Source of the DNA: an uncultured beta proteobacterium | Lineage (GTDB): Bacteria; Pseudomonadota; Gammaproteobacteria; Burkholderiales; SG8-41 | Length of the DNA stretch: 64,000 bases | Direction of reading: 5' to 3' | Assembly (NCBI GenBank): GCA_903885665.1 | Contig: CAISJL010000117.1 | Coordinates: forward strand, 3,479-67,478 | Part shown: positions 27,528 through 38,659 of the stretch, one piece after another | Position numbering within the stretch: the first letter of the stretch is position 1 | How the letters are laid out: each line of letters opens with the position of its first letter | Program-made: the position numbers and the translations under genes | Notes under the pieces: model-generated | Seen by the model: the letters and a program-made list of their open reading frames with translations, nothing else | The model's database searches: none | What the model was told of the DNA's origin: nothing

Positions 27528-28991
27528 ATGACTTATCAAACCCTGCAAAGTTTAGCCCAAAATCTCGCCAAGGGCACCTGCTCAAGCGTCGAGATAACCC
27601 AAGATTATTTGAATAAAATCAATGAGTTAAATCTGTCCCTGAACTGCTTTATTAGCGTTGATCCGGCGCGTAGTTTGGCGCAAGCCGCGCAGGCTGACCA
27701 GCGCCGTGCCCGAGGTGAGGCTGGCCCGCTGACCGGAATTCCTTTGGCGCACAAAGATATTTTCTGCGCAAAAGACTGGCTGACTACCTGTGGCTCTAAG
27801 ATGTTGAGCAATTTTGTCTCTCCCTACGACGCCCATGTAGTCGAGTCGCTCAACGCTGCCGGTATGGTGACCTTGGGTAAAACCAATATGGATGAATTCG
27901 CCATGGGGTCATCGAATGAGACTTCATTTTTTGGTGTGGTACATAACCCCTGGGATTTAAACCGGGTGCCTGGTGGTAGTTCGGGAGGGTCGGCTGCTGC
28001 AGTCGCCGCTGGGCTTGCACCAGTGGCCACCGGAACGGACACGGGTGGGTCGATCCGTCAGCCGGCCGCACTCACTGGCATTTGCGGTTTGAAGCCAACA
28101 TACGGCACGGTTTCGCGCTACGGCATGATTGCGTTTGCATCTAGTTTGGATCAGGCTGGCCCGATGGCGCATACCGCAGCCGATTTGGCGTTGTTACTGA
28201 ATGCGATGGTCGGTTTTGATGGGCGTGACTCTACGAGTCTTGAGCGCCCGTACACCGATTATACTGGACAGTTGACGCAACCACTGAAAGGCTTGCGGAT
28301 TGGTCTGCCCAAAGAGTTTTTGGCAGCAGGGCTTGCGCCTGAGGTCGAGCAAGCAGTTGCCGCTGCGATCGCCCAATATCAACAACTTGGTGCAACCATT
28401 GTTGATGTGACTTTGCCAAATATGGGCTTATCGGTTCCGGTCTATTATGTATTAGCACCGGCTGAGGCCTCGAGTAATTTGTCGCGTTATGACGGTGTGC
28501 GTTATGGCCATCGCGCTGCTGAATACGTCGACTTAATGGACATGTATAAGCGGAGTCGTGCCGAGGGTTTTGGTGCCGAGGTGAAGCGTCGGATTTTGAT
28601 TGGCACCTATGTGCTGTCCCATGGTTATTATGATGCGTATTACATTCGCGCGCAGAAATTGCGCCGCTTGATTGCCCAAGATTTTGTAGCGGCATTTGCA
28701 CTTTGCGATGTGATTATGGGACCGACCAGCCCAACCACCGCATTCAAACTCGGTGAGAAAAGCGCAGATCCCTTACAAATGTATTTGTCCGATATTTATA
28801 CGATTGGTGTGAATTTAGCAGGCTTGCCCGGGATGTCTATCCCTTGTGGATTTGATGGCCAAGGGCTACCAGTGGGCTTGCAGATTATTGGCAATTATTT
28901 TGATGAAGCACGTATGCTGAATGTAGCGCATCAATTGCAACAAGTGTCGGATTGGCATCTACGGGCGCCCACCGCAGGAGTGCGATCATGA
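27528..28991 (+). CDS. gatA: Asp/Glu-tRNA amidotransferase subunit A
   Basis: [43 protein letters not shown]. Confidence 0.97.
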   Translation: MTYQTLQSLAQNLAKGTCSSVEITQDYLNKINELNLSLNCFISVDPARSLAQAAQADQRRARGEAGPLTGIPLAHKDIFCAKDWLTTCGSKMLSNFVSPYDAHVVESLNAAGMVTLGKTNMDEFAMGSSNETSFFGVVHNPWDLNRVPGGSSGGSAAAVAAGLAPVATGTDTGGSIRQPAALTGICGLKPTYGTVSRYGMIAFASSLDQAGPMAHTAADLALLLNAMVGFDGRDSTSLERPYTDYTGQLTQPLKGLRIGLPKEFLAAGLAPEVEQAVAAAIAQYQQLGATIVDVTLPNMGLSVPVYYVLAPAEASSNLSRYDGVRYGHRAAEYVDLMDMYKRSRAEGFGAEVKRRILIGTYVLSHGYYDAYYIRAQKLRRLIAQDFVAAFALCDVIMGPTSPTTAFKLGEKSADPLQMYLSDIYTIGVNLAGLPGMSIPCGFDGQGLPVGLQIIGNYFDEARMLNVAHQLQQVSDWHLRAPTAGVRS

Positions 28992-30424
28992 AATGGGAAG
29001 TGGTGATTGGGCTCGAGACCCATGCGCAATTATCGACCGTCTCTAAGATTTTCTCTGGCGCTTCAACTGCATTTGGCGCGGCTGCCAACTGCCAAGCTTG
29101 TGCTGTTGATATTGCATTGCCAGGGGTGTTGCCGGTATTGAATACGGGTGCAGTAGAGCGCGCGATTCGCTTTGGCTTGGCAGTAGGTGGAGAGGTGAGT
29201 CCATATTCGGTGTTTGCTCGCAAGAATTATTTTTATCCGGACTTACCCAAAGGCTATCAAATCAGTCAGTTTGAGTTGCCGATTGTGGTTGGTGGAAACT
29301 TAACCATTACCGTGGGCGAACAGGATAAAACCATTCGCCTCACGCGAGCTCATCTCGAGGAAGATGCCGGCAAGTCTTTGCATGAAGAGTTTCGCGATCG
29401 CACCGGCATTGATTTAAATCGCGCCGGTACGCCTTTACTGGAGATTGTGTCGGAGCCGGATATGCGTTCAGCGGCTGAGGCCGTGGCCTATGCGCGTACT
29501 TTGCATAGTCTGGTGCGATGGATTGATGTGTGTGACGGCAATATGCAAGAGGGTTCGTTCCGTTGCGATGCCAATGTCTCTGTGCGACCCATGGGCTCAA
29601 CCGTGTTGGGTACGCGGCGGGAAATTAAAAACCTCAATAGTTTTCGCTTTTTGCAGCAGGCGATTGACTACGAAGTGCAATGGCAAATTGGTGAGCTGGA
29701 AGATGGTCGATCGATTCAGCAAGCAACGGTATTGTTTGATCCTGCGAGCGGTGAGACGCGGATGATGCGCACTAAAGAGGACGCCCATGATTACCGCTAC
29801 TTCCCTGATCCTGATTTACTGCCGTTGGCGGTGAGTCCTGAGCGGTTAGCCGCAGTGCGCGCACAAATGCCCCTGCTGCCTACAGAGCGTCGTCAAGTAT
29901 TGGTCGATACGTACGGCTTAACGGTCTATGATGCAGATCAACTCACGGCAAGCCGCGAGTTGGCAGAATACTTTGATCGCGCTGCCGCCGGTGCAACTGA
30001 GCAAGTTGGCAAGCTGTGTGCAAATTGGATTTGCGGTGCATTGAGTGCGAGTCTAAACGAGGCGGGTCTCGACATTACGCAAAGCAGAGTAAGCGCCCAA
30101 CAACTGCGCGGTTTAGTGGACCGCGTGCTAGATCAGACCTTGTCGAATAAAATGGCGAAGTTGGTATTTGATGCGATGTGGTTGGGTGAAGGTGATGCGG
30201 ATCAAATTATTGCCGCTAAAGGCTTAAAACAAATTTCCGATAGTGGAGAGTTGGCACGAGTGATCGATGAGATCTTGGCGGCGCAACCGCAGCTGGTTGC
30301 GGATTTTAAGTCAGGCAAAGAAAAAGCGTTTAATGCATTGGTGGGTCAGGTGATGCGAGCCACCCGTGGCAGTGCCAACCCACAGCAAGTCAATGATATC
30401 TTGCGTAGCAAACTAGCGGTCTAG
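28988..30424 (+). CDS. gatB: Asp/Glu-tRNA amidotransferase subunit B
   Basis: [46 protein letters not shown] overlap with the gatA stop. Confidence 0.97.
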   Translation: MKWEVVIGLETHAQLSTVSKIFSGASTAFGAAANCQACAVDIALPGVLPVLNTGAVERAIRFGLAVGGEVSPYSVFARKNYFYPDLPKGYQISQFELPIVVGGNLTITVGEQDKTIRLTRAHLEEDAGKSLHEEFRDRTGIDLNRAGTPLLEIVSEPDMRSAAEAVAYARTLHSLVRWIDVCDGNMQEGSFRCDANVSVRPMGSTVLGTRREIKNLNSFRFLQQAIDYEVQWQIGELEDGRSIQQATVLFDPASGETRMMRTKEDAHDYRYFPDPDLLPLAVSPERLAAVRAQMPLLPTERRQVLVDTYGLTVYDADQLTASRELAEYFDRAAAGATEQVGKLCANWICGALSASLNEAGLDITQSRVSAQQLRGLVDRVLDQTLSNKMAKLVFDAMWLGEGDADQIIAAKGLKQISDSGELARVIDEILAAQPQLVADFKSGKEKAFNALVGQVMRATRGSANPQQVNDILRSKLAV

Positions 30425-30479
30425 ATCAGCAAGACCGCTAGCGCCTGTGCGCTAACCACTAACCATTACCACTTACTGC

Positions 30480-31082
30480 TTACTGCAATGGCACTGCCAT
30501 CCCGGTTGCCAGTGGCGTGCGATCCACATTCAAGCACATCGAGACCAGGGTGTAGAAACCATTGGCGGCGATGATGTCCATTACACCACGTTCACTAAAA
30601 CGCTCCACGGCACGTTGATAAGTGGCATCAGTCACACCATGGGTGTGATGTAATTGAGTTGAAAAATCATAAATAATGGCCTCGTCAGCATCTAGAGTGG
30701 CGGGGCGCTCATGTCGTGCGATAGCGTCTGCCACAGCAGGATCAAGACCAGCATCCAGCGCGAGCTTAAGATGCGATACCCATTCGTATTGGGAGGTCCA
30801 GAAGCGTGCGGTAATCAAGATCGCTAACTCATTGAGTTTTGGTGGAAGTGAGCTTCTAAAGCGAATTTCAGCACCTAGCTTTTGTATGATGTCACCTACA
30901 CCTGGGCTACGTAACCAAATATTGAATGGGCCACCTAAGGGGCCAGGTCGCGCAGCCCCAGAGTTTTGAACATTGGCCCGTGGACCGGATCGAATCGCTG
31001 CCGCGAGTGTTTGTTGTTCTGGTGTGAGTTGATCGGTGGGAATTAATTTAAAACGTCGCTGATCGCTAGTGCTATCGGACAT
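30480..31082 (-). CDS. Carboxymuconolactone decarboxylase/AhpD-like family protein
   Basis: GPFNIWLRSP, LNELAILITARFWTSQYEWVSH. Confidence 0.75.
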   Translation of the reverse strand: MSDSTSDQRRFKLIPTDQLTPEQQTLAAAIRSGPRANVQNSGAARPGPLGGPFNIWLRSPGVGDIIQKLGAEIRFRSSLPPKLNELAILITARFWTSQYEWVSHLKLALDAGLDPAVADAIARHERPATLDADEAIIYDFSTQLHHTHGVTDATYQRAVERFSERGVMDIIAANGFYTLVSMCLNVDRTPLATGMAVPLQ

Positions 31083-31162
31083 GGCGCGGTCCTCCAAAAT
31101 GATTGATGAGTATTATGAGTATTGCTCTTGACGTTCTGGGAGGTTGGTGTCAGTTGGTGAAA

Positions 31163-31813
31163 TTAGGTGCTAGAGACGCCATAGCGTTGACGATATGCCG
31201 CCACTGCAGCGAGCTCTTTGTTCAAGCTGGGATCATGACCTAGAAAATCAATTAAATCATCGAGGTTGGCAATACTGATAACCGGTATTGCATAGAGCTG
31301 ACTGACCTCTTGTGTGGCGGAGAGCTCACCGGTGCCACGTTCCATGCGATCAAGTGCGATGAGCACGCCAGCGGGTGTGGCTTGTGCGCCACGAATAATC
31401 TCTACAGACTCGCGCACCGAGGTGCCAGCAGAGATCACATCATCCACAATCAGCGCGCGCCCTTGGAGTGTGGCGCCTACCGTATTTCCGCCCTCGCCAT
31501 GATCTTTAACTTCTTTGCGATTGTAGCTAAAAGGCACGTTGCGACCCATCTCGGCAAGTGCGACTGCGACTGCGGCAACCAGCGGAATGCCTTTATAAGC
31601 GGGGCCAAATAATAGGTCGAAGGGCGTGCCTGCTGCAACGATAGCTTTGGCGTAGAATTGGGCTAGTTGGCGTAGACTCTCACCATCGCAGAATAAACCA
31701 GCGTTAAAGAAGTATGGTGAGAGACGTCCAGCTTTGGTTTTAAATTCACCAAATAGTAGGACTTTTGTTGCAATTGCAAAACGAATAAAGTCAAGACGAA
31801 AAGAACTGGGCAT
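31163..31813 (-). CDS. pyrE: Orotate phosphoribosyltransferase
   Basis: [42 protein letters not shown]. Confidence 0.97.
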   Translation of the reverse strand: MPSSFRLDFIRFAIATKVLLFGEFKTKAGRLSPYFFNAGLFCDGESLRQLAQFYAKAIVAAGTPFDLLFGPAYKGIPLVAAVAVALAEMGRNVPFSYNRKEVKDHGEGGNTVGATLQGRALIVDDVISAGTSVRESVEIIRGAQATPAGVLIALDRMERGTGELSATQEVSQLYAIPVISIANLDDLIDFLGHDPSLNKELAAVAAYRQRYGVSST

Positions 31814-31881
31814 AGTGATATCTCAAAGATGGATGTAGGAATGTATTCATTGATTAAGGTAGTAATAAGGTGGTAAAGAAT

Positions 31882-31941
31882 TATGTAGTAAGGAAGTATG
31901 TAGTAATGCAGTATGTAGTAATGCAGTATGTATTGCTGCAG
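31882..31941. repeat. 15-bp tandem repeat (4 copies) in the pyrE-xth divergent spacer
   Basis: tatgtagtaaggaag / tatgtagtaatgcag / tatgtagtaatgcag / tatgtattgctgcag. Confidence 0.85.
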
Positions 31942-32094
31942 TCACGTAGTATTGTAGTGAATGATCAGCCGCACATTAAACGATCTTTGTGTAGAACACA
32001 AATTGCGCTACTCGGGCGTCTTGTTAAAATACAAACTCAATCATCTATGTAACAGCTTAAATAGACGCTTATTAAACAGATACTACGGATTGCA

Positions 32095-32874
32095 ATGAAA
32101 ATTATAACCTTGAATTTAAATGGAATACGCTCGGCAGTACGTAAAGGCTTTTTGGACTGGTTAGCGCTACAGCATGCGGACGTGATTTGCTTGCAGGAAA
32201 TCAAGGCGCAAGCCGCAGATATGACCGAAGAGTTGCTCTCACCCTTGGGCTATCACGGACATTTTCAATACGCTCAGAAAAAAGGCTATAGCGGCGTGGG
32301 TATTTATTCCAAACGACCGCCAGATCGAGTGGTTAAACGTATGGCAGTGCCAGAGTTTGATGATGAGGGTCGCTATGTGTGTGCTGATTTTGGTCGGCTA
32401 AGCGTAATCTCTGTGTACTTGCCATCGGGTTCTAGTGGCGAGGAGCGACAGGCCGCGAAGTATCGTTTCTTAGATTCATTTTATCCATTACTCAAACGCT
32501 TGCGTAAAAGTGGTCGTGAGGTCGTTCTGTGCGGTGATTTAAATATTGCACATCGAGAAATTGATTTAAAAAACTGGAAGGGTAATCGTAAAAATTCGGG
32601 CTTCTTACCAGAGGAGCGTGAGTGGTTGAGTCGGGTATTTGATGAATTGGGTTGGGTGGATGTGTATCGCCACTTAGAACCAGATACCGAGTCGTATACC
32701 TGGTGGTCTAATCGTGGTCAAGCGTGGGCAAAGAATGTGGGATGGCGGCTAGACTATCAAATTGCCACGCCAACATTGGCAATACTTGCACAGCGTGCTC
32801 ATGTTTATAAGGAGGAGCGCTTCTCAGACCATGCGCCATTAATTATTGAGTATGCGGATTTGGCAACTGCATGA
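32095..32874 (+). CDS. xth: Exodeoxyribonuclease III (AP endonuclease)
   Basis: NLNGIRSA, CLQEIK, GYSGV, GDLNIAH, YTWWSNRG, GWRLDY, SDHAP. Confidence 0.95.
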   Translation: MKIITLNLNGIRSAVRKGFLDWLALQHADVICLQEIKAQAADMTEELLSPLGYHGHFQYAQKKGYSGVGIYSKRPPDRVVKRMAVPEFDDEGRYVCADFGRLSVISVYLPSGSSGEERQAAKYRFLDSFYPLLKRLRKSGREVVLCGDLNIAHREIDLKNWKGNRKNSGFLPEEREWLSRVFDELGWVDVYRHLEPDTESYTWWSNRGQAWAKNVGWRLDYQIATPTLAILAQRAHVYKEERFSDHAPLIIEYADLATA

Positions 32875-34136
32875 GTCAAGCACTCACATGGCGCGAGCTA
32901 GTTCTGACCCTATGTAGTCGACGTATGGTGTTGGCTTTGCTGATGGGCTTTGCCTCGGGCTTGCCCCTGTTGCTGACGGGATCGGTGCTGCAAGCGTGGT
33001 TGCGTGAAGGCGGTGTTGATTTAACCCATATCGGATTGTTTGCATTGATTGGCTTGCCCTATACCTTAAAATTTTTGTGGGCACCGTTATTAGATCGTTA
33101 TCAAATATTAGGTTTGGGACGGCGTCGTGGGTGGTTAATCGTAGCGCAATGTGTGATTGCAGCTGGGTTGTTGGTGTTGAGTATGAATGCGCCGAATACA
33201 GGACAACTCTTGGGTGTGATGGGCGCAAGTTTTTTAGTGACGTTTTTTTCTGCAACCCAAGATATTGTAGTCGATGCCTATCGGCGCGAGAGCTTGGCTG
33301 AAACTGAGCTGGGTCTGGGCTCAGCCTTATATGTCAATGGTTATCGATTGGGGATGTTGCTCGCTGGCGGTGGTGGTTTGATTTTGGCCGACTGGTTGTC
33401 GTTTCCGGTGATGTATCGCGGTATGGGCTTATGTATGTTGGCCTGTGTGGTGGTGACTTGGTATGCACCAGAGCCGCTAGTGCCCAGTGGTGCGCCACAG
33501 ACTTTGCGCGCAGCTGTGGTAGAGCCGTTTCTAGATTATTTTGCACGACCTGGCGCATGGTTAATGTTGGCTTTTATTCTGCTCTATAAATTGGGCGACA
33601 CCATGGCTGCGGCTATGACCACACCGTTTTATTTGGATTTAGGTTTTAGTAAAACGGAAATTGGTAGCGTTGTGAAACTGTTCGGATTTTGGGCGACGCT
33701 AGCAGGTGGCACATTGGGGGGCATTTGGATATTGCGCGTTGGCGTGGCGCGTGCATTGATTTGGTTTGGACTCGCGCAAATGCTCTCGACTTTAGGATTT
33801 GTGTTGCTCTCACAATTTCCGTATCAAATCGCGCTATTAGCACTGGTCGTGACTGTAGAGAATGTGACCGCTGGTATGGGCACTACGGTCTTTGTAGGGT
33901 TTATGGCCGCTTTAACGGACAGGCGATTTACTGCCACTCAATATGCGTTGCTGTCCAGTCTAATGGGTGTGCCCAGAGTCTTGTTATCGGCGCCTACCGG
34001 TTGGTTTGCTGAGGTCTTAGGCTGGCCGCTATTTTTCTTGAGTTGTGCGCTATTGGCAGTGCCGGGTTTGTTACTATTAAAGTGGGTCTTGCCCTTGTCA
34101 GGAACCGAACAACCCCAGGATCAACCGCCGAAGTGA
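32871..34136 (+). CDS. ampG: AmpG family muropeptide MFS transporter
   Basis: GFASGLPLLL, KFLWAPLLDR, GRRRGW, SATQDIVVDAYR, TATQYALLSS. Confidence 0.92.
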   Translation: MSQALTWRELVLTLCSRRMVLALLMGFASGLPLLLTGSVLQAWLREGGVDLTHIGLFALIGLPYTLKFLWAPLLDRYQILGLGRRRGWLIVAQCVIAAGLLVLSMNAPNTGQLLGVMGASFLVTFFSATQDIVVDAYRRESLAETELGLGSALYVNGYRLGMLLAGGGGLILADWLSFPVMYRGMGLCMLACVVVTWYAPEPLVPSGAPQTLRAAVVEPFLDYFARPGAWLMLAFILLYKLGDTMAAAMTTPFYLDLGFSKTEIGSVVKLFGFWATLAGGTLGGIWILRVGVARALIWFGLAQMLSTLGFVLLSQFPYQIALLALVVTVENVTAGMGTTVFVGFMAALTDRRFTATQYALLSSLMGVPRVLLSAPTGWFAEVLGWPLFFLSCALLAVPGLLLLKWVLPLSGTEQPQDQPPK

Positions 34137-34717
34137 TAGACCGCAAGCTCACCATAGAAATTAGGCCAGAGCCTAACGGTCTCGCCATTAGTGAGGACAG
34201 TGCGCGCTAAGATATGAATGTTGCGTGCAGCACAGAAGGCTTCAAAATCAGCAATCGTGCAGTGGTGAATATTGGGTGTGTCGTACCAAGCATACGGAAG
34301 GTTTTGTGATACCGGCATACCGCCGCTTAATACTTGTAGGCGATTCTTCCAGTAGCCGAAATTCGGAAATGTAATAATCCCTGCGCGACCGACCCGCAAC
34401 ATCTCTTGCATAATGCGCTCACTATTGCGCATAGCTTGTAGGGTTTGGGATAGCACGACATAGTCAAAAGAGTGATCTGCAAACTCGGCTAAACCTTGCT
34501 CTAAATCACTTTGAATCACGTTGATGCCATTATTGACGCAAGCCAATACATTGTGATCGTCAATTTCTACACCATAGCCAGTGACATTGCGCGTTGATTG
34601 CAAGTAATGCAACAAGGTGCCATCACCACAACCTAAGTCAAGGACGTGGGTGTCTCGCGTAATCCATTGCGCAATTGCTGCAAAGTCAGCACGTTGGGTC
34701 GGCACGTTGATGATCAT
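34121..34717 (-). CDS. metW: Methionine biosynthesis protein MetW
   Basis: [36 protein letters not shown]; follows metX. Confidence 0.94.
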   Translation of the reverse strand: MIINVPTQRADFAAIAQWITRDTHVLDLGCGDGTLLHYLQSTRNVTGYGVEIDDHNVLACVNNGINVIQSDLEQGLAEFADHSFDYVVLSQTLQAMRNSERIMQEMLRVGRAGIITFPNFGYWKNRLQVLSGGMPVSQNLPYAWYDTPNIHHCTIADFEAFCAARNIHILARTVLTNGETVRLWPNFYGELAVYHFGG

Positions 34718-35862
34718 GGCTTGAGCTCGCTTTCAATCCGTGCAAAGTAGCGACTGACTAATTGATGGTAGCGGGAGTCGGTTAATAGAAAGGCATCGTG
34801 ACCATGGGGCGCGTCAATTTCAGCGTAGCTCACGCGCGATCGATTATCGATTAAGGCGCGCACGATTTCGCGTGAGCGTGCTGGAGCGAAGCGCCAATCG
34901 GTAGTAAATGAGATGACTAATACGGCCGCCTCTACGCTCGCCATGGCTTGGGTCAGGTTGTCACCATGCGCATGTGCTGGGTCGAAGTAATCAAGGGCTT
35001 TTGTAATGCGCAGATAGGTGTTGGCATCAAAGTAATCGGCGAATTTATCGCCCTGATGACGTAGATAAGATTCAATTTCGAATTCACTGGCAAAAGTGTA
35101 TTTGGGATCGCCTTGCTTGAGTTGACGGCCAAATTTATGCGCCATTTCGTCATCTGAGAGGTAAGTGATGTGACCAACCATACGGGCAACTCGCAAACCG
35201 CGTTTGGGTGCGCTGCTGTGCTGTTGATAGTCACCGTCGTGGAAATCCGGGTCTGTCATGATGGCTTGTCGTGCCACCTCGTTGAAAGCAATGTTCTGGG
35301 CAGATAAATTGGGTGCACAGGCGATGACAATGCTATGGCGGAGCCGGCTAGGGTAGCGGATAGACCATGCCAAGGCCTGCATCGCACCTAGGCTACCCCC
35401 CATGACTGCAGCGAATTGTTGAATACCGATGGCATCAGCCAGACGCGCTTGGGCATCGACCCAGTCCTCCACAGTGATCATGGGGAAGTGACCGCCCCAG
35501 GGCTGTTCGGTCTGTGGATTGATACTGAGGGGGCCAGTCGAGCCATGACAGCCGCCTAGATTATTAATACAAATCACAAAGAAGCGATCGGTATCCAGCG
35601 GTTTGCCAGGTCCAATCATATTGTCCCACCAGCCGATGTTATGGGGTTGATCAGCGTAGATGCCAGCGACATGATGCGAGGCATTCAGTGCATGACAGAC
35701 CAAGACTGCGTTCGAGGCGTTGGCGTTTAAAGTGCCATAGGTTTCGTAGGCCAGCGTATATTCATTCAATATCGTACCGCATTGCAGGGGCAGGGCTTGC
35801 TTAAAATCCATGCTACGCGGCATTACAATGCCTATCGATGAGGGTGTAGTGGTCGACATCAT
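34714..35862 (-). CDS. metX: Homoserine O-acyltransferase (MetX family)
   Basis: [40 protein letters not shown]. Confidence 0.95.
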   Translation of the reverse strand: MMSTTTPSSIGIVMPRSMDFKQALPLQCGTILNEYTLAYETYGTLNANASNAVLVCHALNASHHVAGIYADQPHNIGWWDNMIGPGKPLDTDRFFVICINNLGGCHGSTGPLSINPQTEQPWGGHFPMITVEDWVDAQARLADAIGIQQFAAVMGGSLGAMQALAWSIRYPSRLRHSIVIACAPNLSAQNIAFNEVARQAIMTDPDFHDGDYQQHSSAPKRGLRVARMVGHITYLSDDEMAHKFGRQLKQGDPKYTFASEFEIESYLRHQGDKFADYFDANTYLRITKALDYFDPAHAHGDNLTQAMASVEAAVLVISFTTDWRFAPARSREIVRALIDNRSRVSYAEIDAPHGHDAFLLTDSRYHQLVSRYFARIESELKP

Positions 35863-36009
35863 AGGGTGATGGCTTGGATGAGTGGGTGCAAGTTCATGAT
35901 CAATAGTGGTGCAACGATTTGGCGATACCTTTTACAAATGTGAATACTGCTTTTACGCATGTCTATATTGCTTTGACAGTCGTCATTAATAGTCGTAATT
36001 GAAGGTCGT

Positions 36010-36047
36010 AAAAATACAAAAACCCCGAAGCTTGCGCACCGGGGTTT
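36010..36047 (-). terminator. Intrinsic terminator of the SAM-II expression platform
   Basis: Minus strand AAACCCCGG-UGCGCAAGC-UUCGGGGUUUUU-GUAUUUUU. Confidence 0.8.
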
Positions 36048-36062
36048 GGAGAATACAATGGT

Positions 36063-36115
36063 CTCTTTAGCCGGATTTATTAGGCGCCCGCAAGCTGATC
36101 GCAAATCGGCGCCAC
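36063..36115 (-). ncRNA. SAM-II riboswitch upstream of metX-metW
   Basis: Minus strand GGCGCC-GAUUUG ... GCUUGC-G-GGCGCC-UAAUAAAU-CCG-GCUAAAGAG; conserved GAUUU, UUGC, UAAAU and GCUAAA elements of SAM-II. Confidence 0.85.
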
Positions 36116-36139
36116 TACACTGATTTAATTTAAGCGACT

Positions 36140-36168
36140 ACCTTACCCGTGCCTTAGTCGCTTGTCAA
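36140..36168 (-). promoter_or_regulatory. Sigma70 promoter for SAM-II/metX, overlapped by a 9-bp inverted repeat
   Basis: TTGACA-N17-TAAGGT on the minus strand; AAGCGACTA-N14-TAGTCGCTT at 36132-36163. Confidence 0.7.
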
Positions 36169-36194
36169 CGGGCGCTTGGATGAGCGGCGTGTGT

Positions 36195-37922
36195 TTAGTG
36201 GTTAATCTGTTCGAGTAATTGGTGCAATTGCTGCGGATCGCTAGTGAGTAGCATTTGTTGGGCTAGGGGCGTTGCCGTTTGAATATCGGTGTGCAGGATG
36301 CGTTGCTTAATCTCGGGCAATTGCGTGGCGTGCATGGAGAACTCGCGTAGCCCCAAGCCCAGGAGTAGCCGAGTTAAGCGCACGTCGCCGGCCATTTCGC
36401 CACAAATACTGAAGGGTGTGCCAGTGTTTGTCGCATGTTTGAATATATGGGCTAACACAAAGAGCACTGCAGGATGCAGTGGATCGTATAGGTGGGCAAC
36501 TGCGTTATCGGTGCGGTTTATCGCCAGCAGATATTGCAATAAGTCATTGGTGCCCACGGACAGAAAGTCAAAGCGTTTGGTGAATAAATCGAGAGCTAGT
36601 GCGGCAGCTGGGATTTCCACCATTGCGCCAATCGGCACTGCCGGGTTAAAAGCGAGGCCGTCCGCCACTAAGCTGGCTTTGGCTTGGGCTATTAAACTCA
36701 GGGTTTGGTCAATTTCCGAGGCGCTCATCAGCATGGGTATCAGAATCTTTAACTGCCCATACGGTGATGCTCGGTAGAGTGCGCGTAATTGAATCAAAAA
36801 TCGTTTGGGCTCGGATAAGCACAGACGAATGGCCCGCAGACCTAGGGCGGGGTTAGCAGAAGTGCGTAGTTGCTCGGCAATGGTTTTATCGGCCCCTAAA
36901 TCATAGGTGCGTATCGTCACCGGGTAGTGTGGACTGGCGGTGAGTGCTTGGCGATAGGCCTCAAATTGTTCTTCTTCGTCAGGTAGTTCGCGGCGATTGA
37001 GAAATAAAAACTCGCTACGAAACAATCCAATACCCGTTGCCCCTTGAGCGAGGGCGCCAGCCACATCGCTGGGGCGTTCGATATTGGCGTGCAGGCGTAT
37101 TGCCTGACCATCGATGGATTGTGCTGGGATATCGCGTAGGGTCGCGAGTTGTTGCCGTGTTAAGCGTTGTTGCGCTTGCCTTTGTGTGTATTCAGCCAGA
37201 ACTTGCGGGTCGGGGTCTATGATTAATACCCCGTGGTTACCATCAACAATAACGAGATCATCTTGTTGCAGCCAGAGCAAAGCATGGTGGAGGGCAACCA
37301 CGCAGGGGATATTTAGGCTGCGGGCGACGATCGCGCTGTGCGAGGTCGCGCCCCCTAAGTCGGTGACAAAGCTACTAAAGCCATGGGCGTTGAGGTCAAT
37401 GACCTCGGCCGGAGATAAGTCATGGGCAATTAAGATCCGCAATTCACCCGTATGAGCGGTGGGGAGTTGCGAGAGCTTGGCTTGCCCGAGTAAGACCCGC
37501 ATCAAGCGCTGGGAAGTCTGTAAGATGTCGTTGCGCCGCTCCCGCAGATAGGCGTCGCTGATGGTGTTGAATTGCTGGGTAATGGCTGCCGTTTGGGTAT
37601 GCAGCGCCCATTCCGCATTGCACAGTAGTGTTGTAATTTGTGCAATTGGCGCATCCTTGAGCGGTGCATCATTCAGGATCATCAGATGCACACCGATGAG
37701 GGCGGATAGCTCGCTAGGTGCTTCGGTATGGAGGCGCTGGTGTAGTGTTTCTAATTCCTGTCTCACCGCAGCGTGTGCTTGGTTAAAGCGCGCGCACTCA
37801 GCGTCAACTTGTTCTGGAGTGATGCGGTAGTGCGGGATACTGAGCAGGCTAGGGTGATGCAGGTGGGCGCGACCAATCATGACCCCGTTACCGGCGCCAA
37901 TGCCGTGAAGGCTGAGACTCAT
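36195..37922 (-). CDS. ptsI: Phosphoenolpyruvate-protein phosphotransferase (PTS enzyme I)
   Basis: GGATSHSAI phospho-His, GIGLFRSEF, NPALGLRAIR, GAMVEIP, SVGTNDL, ICGEMAG; no GAF domain. Confidence 0.93.
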   Translation of the reverse strand: MSLSLHGIGAGNGVMIGRAHLHHPSLLSIPHYRITPEQVDAECARFNQAHAAVRQELETLHQRLHTEAPSELSALIGVHLMILNDAPLKDAPIAQITTLLCNAEWALHTQTAAITQQFNTISDAYLRERRNDILQTSQRLMRVLLGQAKLSQLPTAHTGELRILIAHDLSPAEVIDLNAHGFSSFVTDLGGATSHSAIVARSLNIPCVVALHHALLWLQQDDLVIVDGNHGVLIIDPDPQVLAEYTQRQAQQRLTRQQLATLRDIPAQSIDGQAIRLHANIERPSDVAGALAQGATGIGLFRSEFLFLNRRELPDEEEQFEAYRQALTASPHYPVTIRTYDLGADKTIAEQLRTSANPALGLRAIRLCLSEPKRFLIQLRALYRASPYGQLKILIPMLMSASEIDQTLSLIAQAKASLVADGLAFNPAVPIGAMVEIPAAALALDLFTKRFDFLSVGTNDLLQYLLAINRTDNAVAHLYDPLHPAVLFVLAHIFKHATNTGTPFSICGEMAGDVRLTRLLLGLGLREFSMHATQLPEIKQRILHTDIQTATPLAQQMLLTSDPQQLHQLLEQINH

Positions 37923-37938
37923 GTAGCGCTCCCCAAGG

Positions 37939-38208
37939 TTAGTCGCTCTCTCCGAACCGCTCGGCTACTAAAGTCACTAGCGCTTGTAAGGCGGCGACCT
38001 CGTCGCTACCATCGGTTTCAATGGTGATACGGGTGCCTTGGCTGGCGGCTAACATCATCACCCCCATAATACTTTTGGCATTGACCCGTTGCTGATTACG
38101 GGTGAGCCAGACTTCGCAGGTATAACTACCCGCGAGTTGCGAGAGCTTGGCAGAGGCGCGGGCGTGTAAGCCCAAGCGATTAATGATTTCAACGTGTTGT
38201 TGCAGCAT
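37939..38208 (-). CDS. ptsH: Phosphocarrier HPr
   Basis: GLHARASAK, VNAKSIMGVMMLAA. Confidence 0.95.
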   Translation of the reverse strand: MLQQHVEIINRLGLHARASAKLSQLAGSYTCEVWLTRNQQRVNAKSIMGVMMLAASQGTRITIETDGSDEVAALQALVTLVAERFGESD

Positions 38209-38611
38209 GAATCACCGTTGTGCTTGGAGAGAATAGGCGTAATACGCCCTCGCTGCCGCCACTGATGGCTTTGCTGACCATGAGCGCTAGCGATTGCTCG
38301 CGATAGGTGAGGGCACGAATGAGCATCGGTAGATTTACACCAGCTACTGCTTCGATGTGGCCGGCATCTACTAACTGTGCGCACAGATTTGAGGGCGAGC
38401 CCCCATACATATCGGTGAGTATCAACACGCCGGCACCGCTATTGATGTCGGCCACCGCTTGGCGGGCTATGGGGAGTAGTGCGCTAGGGTCAGCTTGATG
38501 GTCGAGTCCGAGATAGCGTAATTGCGGCAGTGGCTGATTGAGCATCTGGACCGCACATTCGATCAGGCTTTGACCTAAGGTGTTATGGCTAATGATGAGG
38601 ATACCAATCAT
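38189..38611 (-). CDS. PTS IIA component, mannose/fructose family
   Basis: GILIISH, LILTDMYGGSPSN, AGVNLPMLI. Confidence 0.9.
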   Translation of the reverse strand: MIGILIISHNTLGQSLIECAVQMLNQPLPQLRYLGLDHQADPSALLPIARQAVADINSGAGVLILTDMYGGSPSNLCAQLVDAGHIEAVAGVNLPMLIRALTYREQSLALMVSKAISGGSEGVLRLFSPSTTVIHAATTR

Positions 38612-38659
38612 GGCCTAGCGCTTAGTTGAGGCGAAGTTCAGGGTCATGTTTGCACGCAC

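Noticed and set aside
31870-32052. CRISPR array or repeat-peptide gene at the 15-bp repeat
   Set aside because: Units are contiguous with no spacers and there are no cas genes; the ORF lacks an SD and a recognisable domain.
35859-36104. 81-aa ORF overlapping the metX start as a leader peptide
   Set aside because: It runs through the SAM-II aptamer and terminator from a TTG without an SD, and the RNA elements explain the region. The stop/start overlap is probably chance.
36195-38611. EI-HPr-EIIA without permease as an unusual PTS
   Set aside because: The incomplete regulatory PTS next to gshAB is standard in betaproteobacteria.
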